Assembly (NCBI GenBank): GCA_963752515.1
Contig: CAVVYO010000007.1
Location: 112,660 to 176,659, forward strand
Source: Candidatus Glassbacteria bacterium
GTDB taxonomy: Bacteria; Gemmatimonadota; Glassbacteria; GWA2-58-10
Length of the DNA: 64,000 nucleotides
Direction of reading: 5' to 3'
A model generated the notes under the pieces. That model was not told the origin of the DNA and searched no databases. It worked only from the letters and a program-made list of their open reading frames with translations. A program made the position numbers and the translations under genes. Below are positions 28,745 through 36,948 of this stretch, in pieces; the first letter of the stretch is position 1, and each line of letters starts with the position of its first letter.

Positions 28745-28925
28745 CCCGTAAATCCGGCGGATTTTTCTCCTGCTGTGACCAAGTAGCAAGAGTCTTTAAC
28801 AGCAGGGCCGCGAAGGGGGAGGGAAAGCTCCAGCTTGTTCTTTATCCCGTAAATCCTTCGGATTTTTCTACTTCTGTGACCAGAAGTAGCAAGAGTCTTT
28901 AAAGGCCAAGGCCGCGAAGCTGAAA
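28745..28925. repeat. Two tandem module C units (about 100-bp period) in reverse orientation
   Basis: Each unit: CCCGTAAATCCnnnGGATTTTTCT + (C/A)CT(G/T)CTGTGACCA(A)GTAGCAAGAGTCTTTAA; loops differ (GGC vs TTCG) while stems are conserved. Confidence 0.65.
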
Positions 28926-29172
28926 TAGCAGTAAGGTTTTCAATCACCGGCGGTGTGCCTGCGGTAGTCAATCGCTCCTTCAGCGGTCGCCGCGTTTCGC
29001 GCCATCCCTGGCGCTGCAACGCCATGGCCTGCCGACCTCAAGCAGCTTCTTCTGTGCCGCGATGGAAATTGCGCGGCAATGACACCGCTTCCCTTTGCCT
29101 CCAGCCGCGGCCCGCAAGACCGCCCTATCCCGGAATCTTTCGTAGGGGCCGGCCCCCGTGCCGGCCCTGAAA
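28925..29172. repeat. Module D copy 2 (reverse complement of 9640-9880)
   Basis: Reverse complement contains GGTCTTGCGGGCCGCGGCTGGAGGCAAAGGGAAGCGG...GGCAGGCCATGGCGTTGCAGCGCCAGGGATGGCGCGAAACGCGGCGACC. Confidence 0.6.
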
Positions 29173-29280
29173 AACACAACCCCCTGTTTCCCCCTTTGCT
29201 AAGGGGGATCAACAGCACTGCCGCCCGACCGGTGTCATCAACACCAGGCCCGAGTGTCGGCAGCCGGCCCGGAGTTTGCT

Positions 29281-29308
29281 GTAGCGTCCGGCCGGACGCC
29301 CCTACCCT
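29281..29308. repeat. Module E copy 2 (GCGTCCGGCCGGACGCCCCTAC)
   Basis: Identical palindrome core to 9553-9586. Confidence 0.55.
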
Positions 29309-29446
29309 TTATCCCGATGATCCTGCATCTCCCAGGCTGCGGCTGGAAGCCCGTAATCACTTGTAGTGGCGGGTTTGAAACCCGCCGCTACGGCCAAATC
29401 CAAATCAAGTGGCTCGGATTCAGCCTGCGGCTGACGTACCCGAGAT

Positions 29447-29530
29447 CACAGCAAAAAGTTTGGGAAGGTGAGAGGGGGTCCGGGGGAGAGCGGAAACCTT
29501 TTTCAAAAGGTTTCCGCTCTCCCCCGGAAA
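29447..29530 (-). terminator. Module A copy positioned as terminator for the decarboxylase gene (on minus strand: hairpin then CCTTCCCAAACTTTTTGCTG)
   Basis: Palindrome GGGGGAGAGCGGAAACC..GGTTTCCGCTCTCCCCC (compensatory changes) 10 nt after the stop of the minus-strand CDS. Confidence 0.6.
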
Positions 29531-29540
29531 TGTTTGAGCA

Positions 29541-30932
29541 TCAAACAGGGCCGGCGGCGCTCTCGCGGCCTCCCAGCTCCAGGATCAGCTCCAGCAGCAG
29601 TTCCAGGTCCTCGCGGCGGCTGCGATGGTTGACGATGCAGACCCGCAGAGTGGTGCGGCCCTCCACCCGGGCCGGGGTGATAAACGCCCGGCCATCGCGC
29701 TCGATCCCGGTCAGGATTCGCTGCTGCAGGCGGTCGAGGGCCTCCGGCGGCCAGGCGGGGCCCGCGGGCAGGTAGCGGAAGCAGACAATCGACAGCCCCA
29801 CCGGGGCGCAGAGCTCCAGGCGCGGTTCCTCCTCCACCCGATGGGCCAGCTGACGGGCCAGCTCTAGGTTGCGCGCCACCATCCGCCCCAGTTTGTCCAG
29901 CCCGTAGGCGCGGAAAGCGAACCAGATCTTGAACGCCCGCGAGGCGCGGGTGAGCTGGATCGTGTAGTTCATCATGTCCCATTCGGTCTCGCGGCCGAGG
30001 TAGGAGGCGTGCAGGTGGAAGGTGTCGAACAGCGTTCGGCGGTCACGCACCAGGGTGAGGCCAGCTTCCACCGGGATGAAAAACCACTTGTGGGGGTCGG
30101 TGGCGATCGAGTCCGCCCGCTCGATCCCGCGCAGTTTTTCTCGGCCCTCGGCGGTAAGGATCGCCCCGCCGCCATAGGCCGCATCGACATGCAGCCAGAG
30201 GCTTTCCTGATGGCAGAACTCCGCCAGCTTCGGCAGGGGGTCCACCGCCCCGGTGGTCACCGCCCCGGCCTGGGCAACCACACAGAATGGCCGTAAGCCT
30301 GCCTGTCGATCCTCCGCCACCGCCCGGGCCAGCTCATCCATCCGCAGACGAAAGTTTCGGTCCACCGGGATTTTCCGCACGAACCGCGCCCCCAGTCCCA
30401 GCAGCCCCGCGCTACGCTCCACCGAGGCGTGGGCCTCGCTCGAGGCGTACAGCGTGAGCGGCTGCGCCAGCCCCTGCACTCCCTGCTCCAGTGAGCCCGG
30501 CAACGCCCACTCCCGGGCCGTGGCGAGTGCGTGCAGGTTGGCCATGGTCCCGCCCGAAACCAGCACCCCGCCGTGCTCCTCCACCGGCAGCCCGAACAGC
30601 CCGGCGAACCAGCCGGTCACCACCCGCTCCAGCACCGTCGTGACCGGGCTGGCCCGGAACAGGCCGGGAGTCTGGTTGAGGCCGACATTGATCAGCTCGC
30701 CCAGGGTTCCGGCCGGGGAGGGGCTGGAGAGGATCCAGGGCCAGAACCGCGGATGGCCGATCCGGGTCAGTCCCGGCAGGATTTTTTCCCTGGTTTCCGC
30801 CAGGACCTGAGCCACGCCCAGTTCCTCCCGCGGCAGGTCACCGGGGATTGTCTCCAGCAACTGCTCGGGAGTGAGCTGCGGCACCGCCGGCGTGTCGCCG
30901 ATCCCCCGCAGGTGCCCGGCGATCAGCTCCAT
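29541..30932 (-). CDS. PLP-dependent group II amino-acid decarboxylase (aromatic-L-amino-acid/DABA decarboxylase-like)
   Basis: PLP-lysine motif SIATDPHKW; conserved decarboxylase blocks; N-terminus uncertain: an ATG at 31013 with TATAAT/AGAGG upstream reads MEENRHREHETLDLDHLEAA in another frame, suggesting a possible frameshift near 30955. Confidence 0.75.
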   Translation of the reverse strand: MELIAGHLRGIGDTPAVPQLTPEQLLETIPGDLPREELGVAQVLAETREKILPGLTRIGHPRFWPWILSSPSPAGTLGELINVGLNQTPGLFRASPVTTVLERVVTGWFAGLFGLPVEEHGGVLVSGGTMANLHALATAREWALPGSLEQGVQGLAQPLTLYASSEAHASVERSAGLLGLGARFVRKIPVDRNFRLRMDELARAVAEDRQAGLRPFCVVAQAGAVTTGAVDPLPKLAEFCHQESLWLHVDAAYGGGAILTAEGREKLRGIERADSIATDPHKWFFIPVEAGLTLVRDRRTLFDTFHLHASYLGRETEWDMMNYTIQLTRASRAFKIWFAFRAYGLDKLGRMVARNLELARQLAHRVEEEPRLELCAPVGLSIVCFRYLPAGPAWPPEALDRLQQRILTGIERDGRAFITPARVEGRTTLRVCIVNHRSRREDLELLLELILELGGRESAAGPV

Positions 30933-31010
30933 CACCGCGGCCAGGTGCTGCTTCGAGGTGGTCCAGGTCCAGGGTTTCGTGCTCCCGGTGGCGGTTTTCT
31001 TCCATGTCGG

Positions 31011-31060
31011 CCTCTGTATAAATTATAATATAAAAATTAATATATTGGTAATCCGGCCAG
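31011..31060 (-). promoter_or_regulatory. AT-rich promoter-like region (TATAAT elements) upstream of decarboxylase gene
   Basis: GTATAAATTATAATATAAAAATTAATATATTGG in a GC-rich background. Confidence 0.3.
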
Positions 31061-31164
31061 CGGTGAACGAGGGCCTGATCCAAGATAAGCACATCCCGGC
31101 CGCGGGGGAAGAGCGGTCAGCCGCCCTGCCGGCGGAAAATTCCCAATTGAGCAGCGATCTCTTT

Positions 31165-31235
31165 GATTGTCATGATGTTTCATCTTCTGTGACCAGAAGA
31201 AGCGAGAGGCGGTGCGGCGCAAAACTTGCCGCCAG
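31165..31235. repeat. Module C short copy
   Basis: TTGTCATGATGTTTCATCTTCTGTGACCAGAAGAAGC..GGCGGTGCGGCGCAAAACTTGCCGCC, homologous to 9272-9340. Confidence 0.6.
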
Positions 31236-31477
31236 TGGTGGTCTTCAATTGGCCGTTTGTAATCGCTGGTTCTTTACGCTACCCGCCTGCGTGGGTAGCG
31301 CTGACGCGCATCTGCCAGTCAGTTTTTGCCTCCCCTGATGCCGAACATGGGATTGAGAGCAATGTAACCGCTGCTTTGCCGTGGCTCATATCCCGATTAC
31401 ATCGGGACTGCCGCGGTGGCGGCCAAAGGCCGCCTGAGGGTGAAAGGCAAAGACTTTGGAATGTCACCCATTAATCA

Positions 31478-31578
31478 ATAAAAAGTTTGGGAAAGTGGAA
31501 GGGGGGATTGGGGGGAAGGCATCCCTGGGGGGAGGGCGGAAAACCTTTTCCAAAAGGTTTCCGCCCTCCCCCCGGGAA
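31478..31578 (-). terminator. Module A full copy positioned as terminator for heparinase-like gene
   Basis: Near-identical to 4146-4253; on minus strand hairpin is followed by CCTTCCACTTTCCCAAACTTTTTATTG 15 nt after the CDS stop. Confidence 0.65.
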
Positions 31579-31592
31579 ACGCTGGCAATCAG

Positions 31593-33551
31593 CTACTCCA
31601 GCGCGACTCGGGTGCGAGCGCCGGGCGGGCCCTCCAGCACCAGGGTCGCCCCGGGCAGGCGCAGGCGCAGGCGGTCGGGCCCGGACTGCTCCAGCCGGGC
31701 TTCCGCCGGGGCGGCGTCCTGATCGGCCACATCGATCAGGTGGACAAACAGGTAGTCCGGGCTGTCGGCGGTGGGGAAGCTTTCCGCCCGGCCGGCCCCG
31801 AGGGCGGGGTTTTCGGGCCCGGGCGGGTAACGCTGGCCGGCCACCGTGAAAGCGGCGACCGTGTCGATCCGCGCCGCGGCGGGAGCGAGCAGGCTCACCA
31901 CCGCCCGGGCCCCGCTGTCGGCCACTGTGAACGAGCGCTCGGCGAGTTGGGAGGGCTTGACCGGGTAGTGCCAGAGCACCCGGGGCTGATACCGGCTGTC
32001 GGTCACCCGCACCTGGTCGACCACCACCAGGAAACGGCCATCGATCCAGGCCAGCTCGCGGCGGACCCGCTCGACCCTGCCGGCCGGGTAGGCGGCCCCG
32101 AAATCGGCGGCGAGGTAGGCCAGGCGCGGCTCATCGCGGTAGTCGATCACATCCCCATACTCGGCCTCGGGGGTGGCCAGGTACTCCTTGATCGTGCCCA
32201 TCCCCTGGTTGGCGTAGCTGCGCTGGCAGCCGGAGTCCTCGGGATCGGTGCGGTCCACTACCTGGATCGTGTTGTGGGCCACCGAGTTGTGGAAGTACTT
32301 CCGGTAGTGGTCGGTGTCGGTGCCGCCGCGGTAGGAGCCGGTCTCGATCAGCAGCGGGGCCCGGCGGAACACCTCGACATGCCCGGCATCGAAATGGCCG
32401 TGGTTGTCGAAATAGTCCCCGCACTTGAAGAACACGAAGCTGTCATCCGGGCCCCAGCCGGAGCGCCAGCAGGCCATCCCCACCCCTTCCGGGCCGAACA
32501 GCATCCGGGTGGGCAGGCTCGCCCGCGGCCGGGCGAGGCGGTCCGGGTCCCAGTAGAGCAGCACCTGGTACTCGGAGCCGATCTCCACCCCCGGGCGGGA
32601 GTCGCGGCCGGAGCTGTCGCGGTAGCGCTCGATCAGCTCATTGAGGTAGCCGAACCCCGCCGGCTCATCGTAGTAGAAAGCCCGCTCGGAGACCACCCGG
32701 AACGAGAAGTGGTCCGGCCTACGGTCGAAGCAGTCCCCGAAGCGGGCCAGCAGCCCCCGCGGCTCCTGGGCGGCGATCACGAACAGCGCCTCGCGCCAGG
32801 CCCAGTCTTCCTGCTCGCGACGGATCGGGTCCCAGAAATCCTCCCCGGTGGCGGTGTACCAGGCGGCCAGGAAGTGCCCGACCAGCCACATCGTGTACTT
32901 GCGGCCATAGGCCAGCGAGCTGTGGACCGCCCCGCCCTGGAGCTGCCGGGCCGGGAACAGGTCCTCGGTCCAGAGACGGCGGGCCCACTCCAGTTGCTCC
33001 TGGGCCTCCTCGCAGTGGCCGGCCAGGGCCAGGGCGGCGATCGCCACCCCGGCCGGATAGCCGTACATCCGGGTGTGGAAGACATGGGTGCCCTGGGAGT
33101 AGTAGATCTCCCGGCAATGCTTCATCCCGCGGACCAGGTCCGCAATCACGATCTTTTTCGACTGTTCGCCGAACTCCGGACGGCTGTAGAGCCAGTCGAA
33201 AGCCATCGCTTTCCACATCAGCACCCGGCCATCATCGGTGGTGCTGTCGAACCGCAGCGGCTGCTCCAGCTCCTCGATCGCCGCTCGCACCGCCGCGGGA
33301 TCATCCAGCAGCAGGGCGTGCAGGGCGCGGTTGGGCAGCCCGCGCCCGCGGCCCATCCGCTCCAGGTAAAGCTGATAGCGGCTGTCGGCGGCCCGCTGCC
33401 GCAACTCGGCCAGGGTGATCGAGCGCGGCCCGTAGCTCTCGGCGCGGAAGAACAGCCGGGGGTGCTCCGGGAACACCTCCACCGCGGCGGAGGCTGCCGG
33501 GACAGCCGCCAGCAGCAGGGTGGTCAGCAGCAGGAGGGCCAGTCGGTGCAT
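31593..33551 (-). CDS. Heparinase II/III-like polysaccharide lyase family protein (alginate-lyase-like N-domain)
   Basis: AAGGAG RBS; signal MHRLALLLLTTLLLAAVPAASA; His-rich block DNHGHFDAGHVEVF typical of heparinase II/III C-terminal domain. Confidence 0.65.
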   Translation of the reverse strand: MHRLALLLLTTLLLAAVPAASAAVEVFPEHPRLFFRAESYGPRSITLAELRQRAADSRYQLYLERMGRGRGLPNRALHALLLDDPAAVRAAIEELEQPLRFDSTTDDGRVLMWKAMAFDWLYSRPEFGEQSKKIVIADLVRGMKHCREIYYSQGTHVFHTRMYGYPAGVAIAALALAGHCEEAQEQLEWARRLWTEDLFPARQLQGGAVHSSLAYGRKYTMWLVGHFLAAWYTATGEDFWDPIRREQEDWAWREALFVIAAQEPRGLLARFGDCFDRRPDHFSFRVVSERAFYYDEPAGFGYLNELIERYRDSSGRDSRPGVEIGSEYQVLLYWDPDRLARPRASLPTRMLFGPEGVGMACWRSGWGPDDSFVFFKCGDYFDNHGHFDAGHVEVFRRAPLLIETGSYRGGTDTDHYRKYFHNSVAHNTIQVVDRTDPEDSGCQRSYANQGMGTIKEYLATPEAEYGDVIDYRDEPRLAYLAADFGAAYPAGRVERVRRELAWIDGRFLVVVDQVRVTDSRYQPRVLWHYPVKPSQLAERSFTVADSGARAVVSLLAPAAARIDTVAAFTVAGQRYPPGPENPALGAGRAESFPTADSPDYLFVHLIDVADQDAAPAEARLEQSGPDRLRLRLPGATLVLEGPPGARTRVALE

Positions 33552-33601
33552 CTTACGCTCCTTGCTTGAGGTGGCGAAAGGCACGGATCAAGACACCAGG
33601 C

Positions 33602-36364
33602 TCACTCGATCACCACGGTCGCGATCCGTTTGGCCGGCAGGGTGAGCCGGACCAGCCCGCCCTCGACCGCGGCCGCGGTCCGGGAATCCGGCTCCCCGGC
33701 CAGGGTGACACAGCGGACAGCGGCAGGGGCCTGGAGGGTACGCAAGGCGATCCGCTCCGTGGTTGCACCGGGATTGAACAGCCGCACCGTCAGGGCGTTG
33801 CCCTCGTACTGGATGCTGGTCACGACCGCATTGCCCTCCAGCGCCAGGAACGACTGCTCGCGGGGGAGAACCGGGCCGCCCTCCCGCCACGCCAGGTCGC
33901 GGGCGAGCACATCCGCGGTACGGACCGCGCCGCTCACCTGTCGCGCCGCCAGGAACAGGCGTCGGGCCGGGACTTTCCCGGCGAACGGCGCCAGCTCGTA
34001 ATGGAAGGTGTGGGTGCCCTGGATCTGGCCGCCGGGGTTGCGGTCGATCCCGGCGAGCACCGCCCGTCGGAACGAGCGCAGCAGAGTCAGGGCCACCGGC
34101 CGCTCGGGAGAGTCGATCACCGTGCACTCGGGCAGGCCGCGGGCCACCACCGCCAGTCCGGCCGCGCTATCGCCGAACGCGGTCCAGCTCTCCTGGGCGC
34201 TGGTCTCCACCGGCAGCTCATCGCGGAGGTCGGTATCCTCCGGCAGGGCCACTTTCCGCTCGGCCACATCGAACGCCGAGCTGCTGAAATAGCGGTCACC
34301 CGCCAGGCCGGTCGGGAACAGCACCCGCAGCCGGTGGTCCTTGACATTGTTCTCGACCGTGGTGGTCACCTCCAGCCGGTCCGAGCCGTGTCGCAGGGTC
34401 AGCTCGGAGACAATCCGCAACGGGGCTTCGCGCTCGGCGCGGACCATCCGGCGGAAGTCGAACTCCGCGGGCAGGTTCATGGTCAAGGCCAGGCGCAGGG
34501 TGGCTTTGGCGAAGCCATCGGTCACCACGGACAAATCCGCCCCGCCGGCGGTGGAGAGGTGGACCCGGTCATTGACCGCCGGCCCGTGGAACCAGCCATC
34601 CCCGATGTCGGCCCGGTCCTCGAAGGTGAGCAGGTTGTCGAAACGCTTGCCGGTGCGCTTGTCGGTGAGGGCGATGGTCCCGTCGGGCTGGGCCTCGACC
34701 TTGAGGAACTCATTCTCGATCACGTTGTGGGCGGTCATCAGGCTTCCCGAATGGCGGGTCGGGCGATCCGCCGGTTCCACCAGCAGGGTGGTGTAGCCCA
34801 GGGCCGGGATGGCGAGCGGGACAGTCACCCGCACCACCTGGCGGGTGTCGCCCTCGGGGGTGTGGCCCCAGGTGCGCCAGAAGCCCTCGACATCGCGCTC
34901 CTGGGAGACGAGCTGCCAGGGCAGCTCCTTGCCGTCCGGCCCGGTCAGCCGGAAGGCGAACTTTTCCTCGTAGCCGAAGAACTCCTGGAAACGGGAGGGC
35001 CAGTCATCGGGGAGCGGGATGTCCAGGTCCACCGGCTCGGCCAGCGGCTCCGGGGTGGGATTGAACACCGCCAGCAGCATCGCGCCGTGCTCCAGCTCCG
35101 GCGCGGCGGCCAGCGCCAGCGCGGTCAAAGCCTCCCGCGACTGCCGGGCCGCGATCTGGCGCGACTGGTCGAAGCGGTAGAGCATGTCCTGGTGCACCTG
35201 GTCGATCGAGCAGCCGCACATGCTGTCGTGGGGGTGGTTCTCGATCAGGTGACGCCAGGCGGCGCGGAAGTAGCCGCGAGGGTACTCGCGCCCCAGGGCC
35301 TGGGCGGCGAAAGCGCAGAAGGGCTCGGCCCAGCCGAGGAGCTCATCCTCGCAGGCGGCGTTCATCTGCTTGAGGTGAATCCGGCTGGAGTAGACCCCCG
35401 GGATCAGGTGGCCATCGCTGCTGTCGCGGCGGGAGACCCGCATCTCGCCGCTGAAAGTCTGCAACTTGGTCCGGTCCAGCGCGGCCAGCAGCTCCTGCTG
35501 GTAGCCGGCCGGATCGCTGTGGACCACCCGCACCCCCTGGGCCGCCAGCTCGCTTTCCGCCAGCCGGAACAGCTCGCCGATCCGCGGCTCGATCTCGGTG
35601 TGGTCGCGGCCATCATAGAGCAGGATCGGCAGGCCCGGGGTGCGCGCGCCCTCGGCCCGCATGTACTCCGTCAGCCGGGGGACCGCTTTGGCCGGGTCGA
35701 ACGGCTCGATGAGCGGAGTGTTGCGCACCATCTGGTGGAAAGTGGTGTAGCCATGCTCGGCAAAGCGATAGGTGGGGATGGTGGTGCCATCCGGGGCGCG
35801 CCAGAGGAAGATCCCGGTGCCGGCGCGGGGCTCCAGCCCCCGCCAGGCGTAGGCCAGCGGGATCCCGCACTGGTCCAGCAACTGGGGGATCTGGCCGACA
35901 TGCCCGAACTGGTCATTGCAGAAGCCCGGGAACTGTCCCTGAAAACCGAGCTCGCGGGAGAGCTCCATCCCGAGCTGGAGGTTGCGCACCAGCGACTCGC
36001 CGCTGACCAGCCACTGGTCCGGGACCACGTACCACGGGCCCGGGGCCAGCCGACCCTCCCGGCAGTAACGCTCGACCAGCTCCCGCCGCTCGGGGCGGAT
36101 CTCCAGGTAGTCGAACAGCGGGATCGCCTGGCCATCCACCGTGAAGCAGCGGAAGCCCGGATCGCGCTCCAGGGTGGCCAACACCTCGTCCAGCAGGCTC
36201 ACCAGCCGGTAGCGGTAGTTCTGGAACGACTCGTACCACTCGCGGTCCCAGTGGGTGCTGGCGATGTAGTGGGCGGTGCGGGGCTCGGCGCCCCGGACCG
36301 CGGGAGCGAGCGGCAGGGCCAGCAGCAGGACCGACAGCAAGGCAGTGCGAAAGGCGTGGCGCAT
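33602..36364 (-). CDS. GH38 alpha-mannosidase with signal peptide
   Basis: N-terminal HYIASTHWDREWYESFQNYRYRLVSLLDEVL matches the GH38 HSHWDREW block; 920 aa intact. Confidence 0.8.
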   Translation of the reverse strand: MRHAFRTALLSVLLLALPLAPAVRGAEPRTAHYIASTHWDREWYESFQNYRYRLVSLLDEVLATLERDPGFRCFTVDGQAIPLFDYLEIRPERRELVERYCREGRLAPGPWYVVPDQWLVSGESLVRNLQLGMELSRELGFQGQFPGFCNDQFGHVGQIPQLLDQCGIPLAYAWRGLEPRAGTGIFLWRAPDGTTIPTYRFAEHGYTTFHQMVRNTPLIEPFDPAKAVPRLTEYMRAEGARTPGLPILLYDGRDHTEIEPRIGELFRLAESELAAQGVRVVHSDPAGYQQELLAALDRTKLQTFSGEMRVSRRDSSDGHLIPGVYSSRIHLKQMNAACEDELLGWAEPFCAFAAQALGREYPRGYFRAAWRHLIENHPHDSMCGCSIDQVHQDMLYRFDQSRQIAARQSREALTALALAAAPELEHGAMLLAVFNPTPEPLAEPVDLDIPLPDDWPSRFQEFFGYEEKFAFRLTGPDGKELPWQLVSQERDVEGFWRTWGHTPEGDTRQVVRVTVPLAIPALGYTTLLVEPADRPTRHSGSLMTAHNVIENEFLKVEAQPDGTIALTDKRTGKRFDNLLTFEDRADIGDGWFHGPAVNDRVHLSTAGGADLSVVTDGFAKATLRLALTMNLPAEFDFRRMVRAEREAPLRIVSELTLRHGSDRLEVTTTVENNVKDHRLRVLFPTGLAGDRYFSSSAFDVAERKVALPEDTDLRDELPVETSAQESWTAFGDSAAGLAVVARGLPECTVIDSPERPVALTLLRSFRRAVLAGIDRNPGGQIQGTHTFHYELAPFAGKVPARRLFLAARQVSGAVRTADVLARDLAWREGGPVLPREQSFLALEGNAVVTSIQYEGNALTVRLFNPGATTERIALRTLQAPAAVRCVTLAGEPDSRTAAAVEGGLVRLTLPAKRIATVVIE

Positions 36365-36751
36365 GGACAGACCTCCGTGGGTGGCGCGGAAGAATGGGGC
36401 AGGGTGTATCAGGTAGCTTGGCGATGATAATAAGCGATTTCTTCCCTTGCGGCCACGATTACGAGTGATAAGTTAGGCAGGACGATCCCCGGCGGCCCCG
36501 CCGACTCATCCGGCGGCAGGCCCGCCGCTGCCCGGCTTCCGCCTCGGACTGCCGCTTAAGCCCGCTGTGACCGCTGCCGGGCGATCAGGCTCGACCCGGC
36601 CGCGGGGATGCTCCGCGGCGCTTGCGATCCCCGCCGCGAGGGCGGCGCTTGCGGCGGCTGAAACGGCTGTAACAAAACTCCGCCCACCGGAGTGTATGAG
36701 TCAGGTCCACCGCTCTGGGCGGCGAGGGCCGCGAAACGGCGGTCTTTCTTG

Positions 36752-36780
36752 ACAATTCGGGCGGCGCAAGTATAATAAGT
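36752..36780 (+). promoter_or_regulatory. Consensus sigma-70 promoter TTGACA-17 nt-TATAAT upstream of hybrid sensor kinase gene
   Basis: TTGACAATTCGGGCGGCGCAAGTATAAT; about 165-nt leader before ATG 36949. Confidence 0.5.
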
Positions 36781-36948
36781 ATCGTTCTGTGAAATGGTTT
36801 CGGTTATCTGACAGAAAATTGGAGGAACAGCCAGCGGCGCTAAGTTGTCGATCCGCTGCCGGGAGTCGCTTCCCGACAGCATAGGCAAGATGCAAGTCCA
36901 TCGTCCGGCGCTTCACAGCGTGATCCGCCGGCGAAGAAAGTCCGACAG

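Noticed and set aside
28745-28925. Possible mini-CRISPR array (two direct repeats with about 100-bp period)
   Set aside because: There are only two units. The repeat units are about 80 bp with internal hairpins rather than 28-37 bp, no cas genes are in the window, and the same unit occurs singly elsewhere.
33566-36427. 953-aa ORF on + strand
   Set aside because: Antisense to the GH38 gene, which has clear conserved motifs; the composition is Gly/Ala/Arg/Pro-rich noise.
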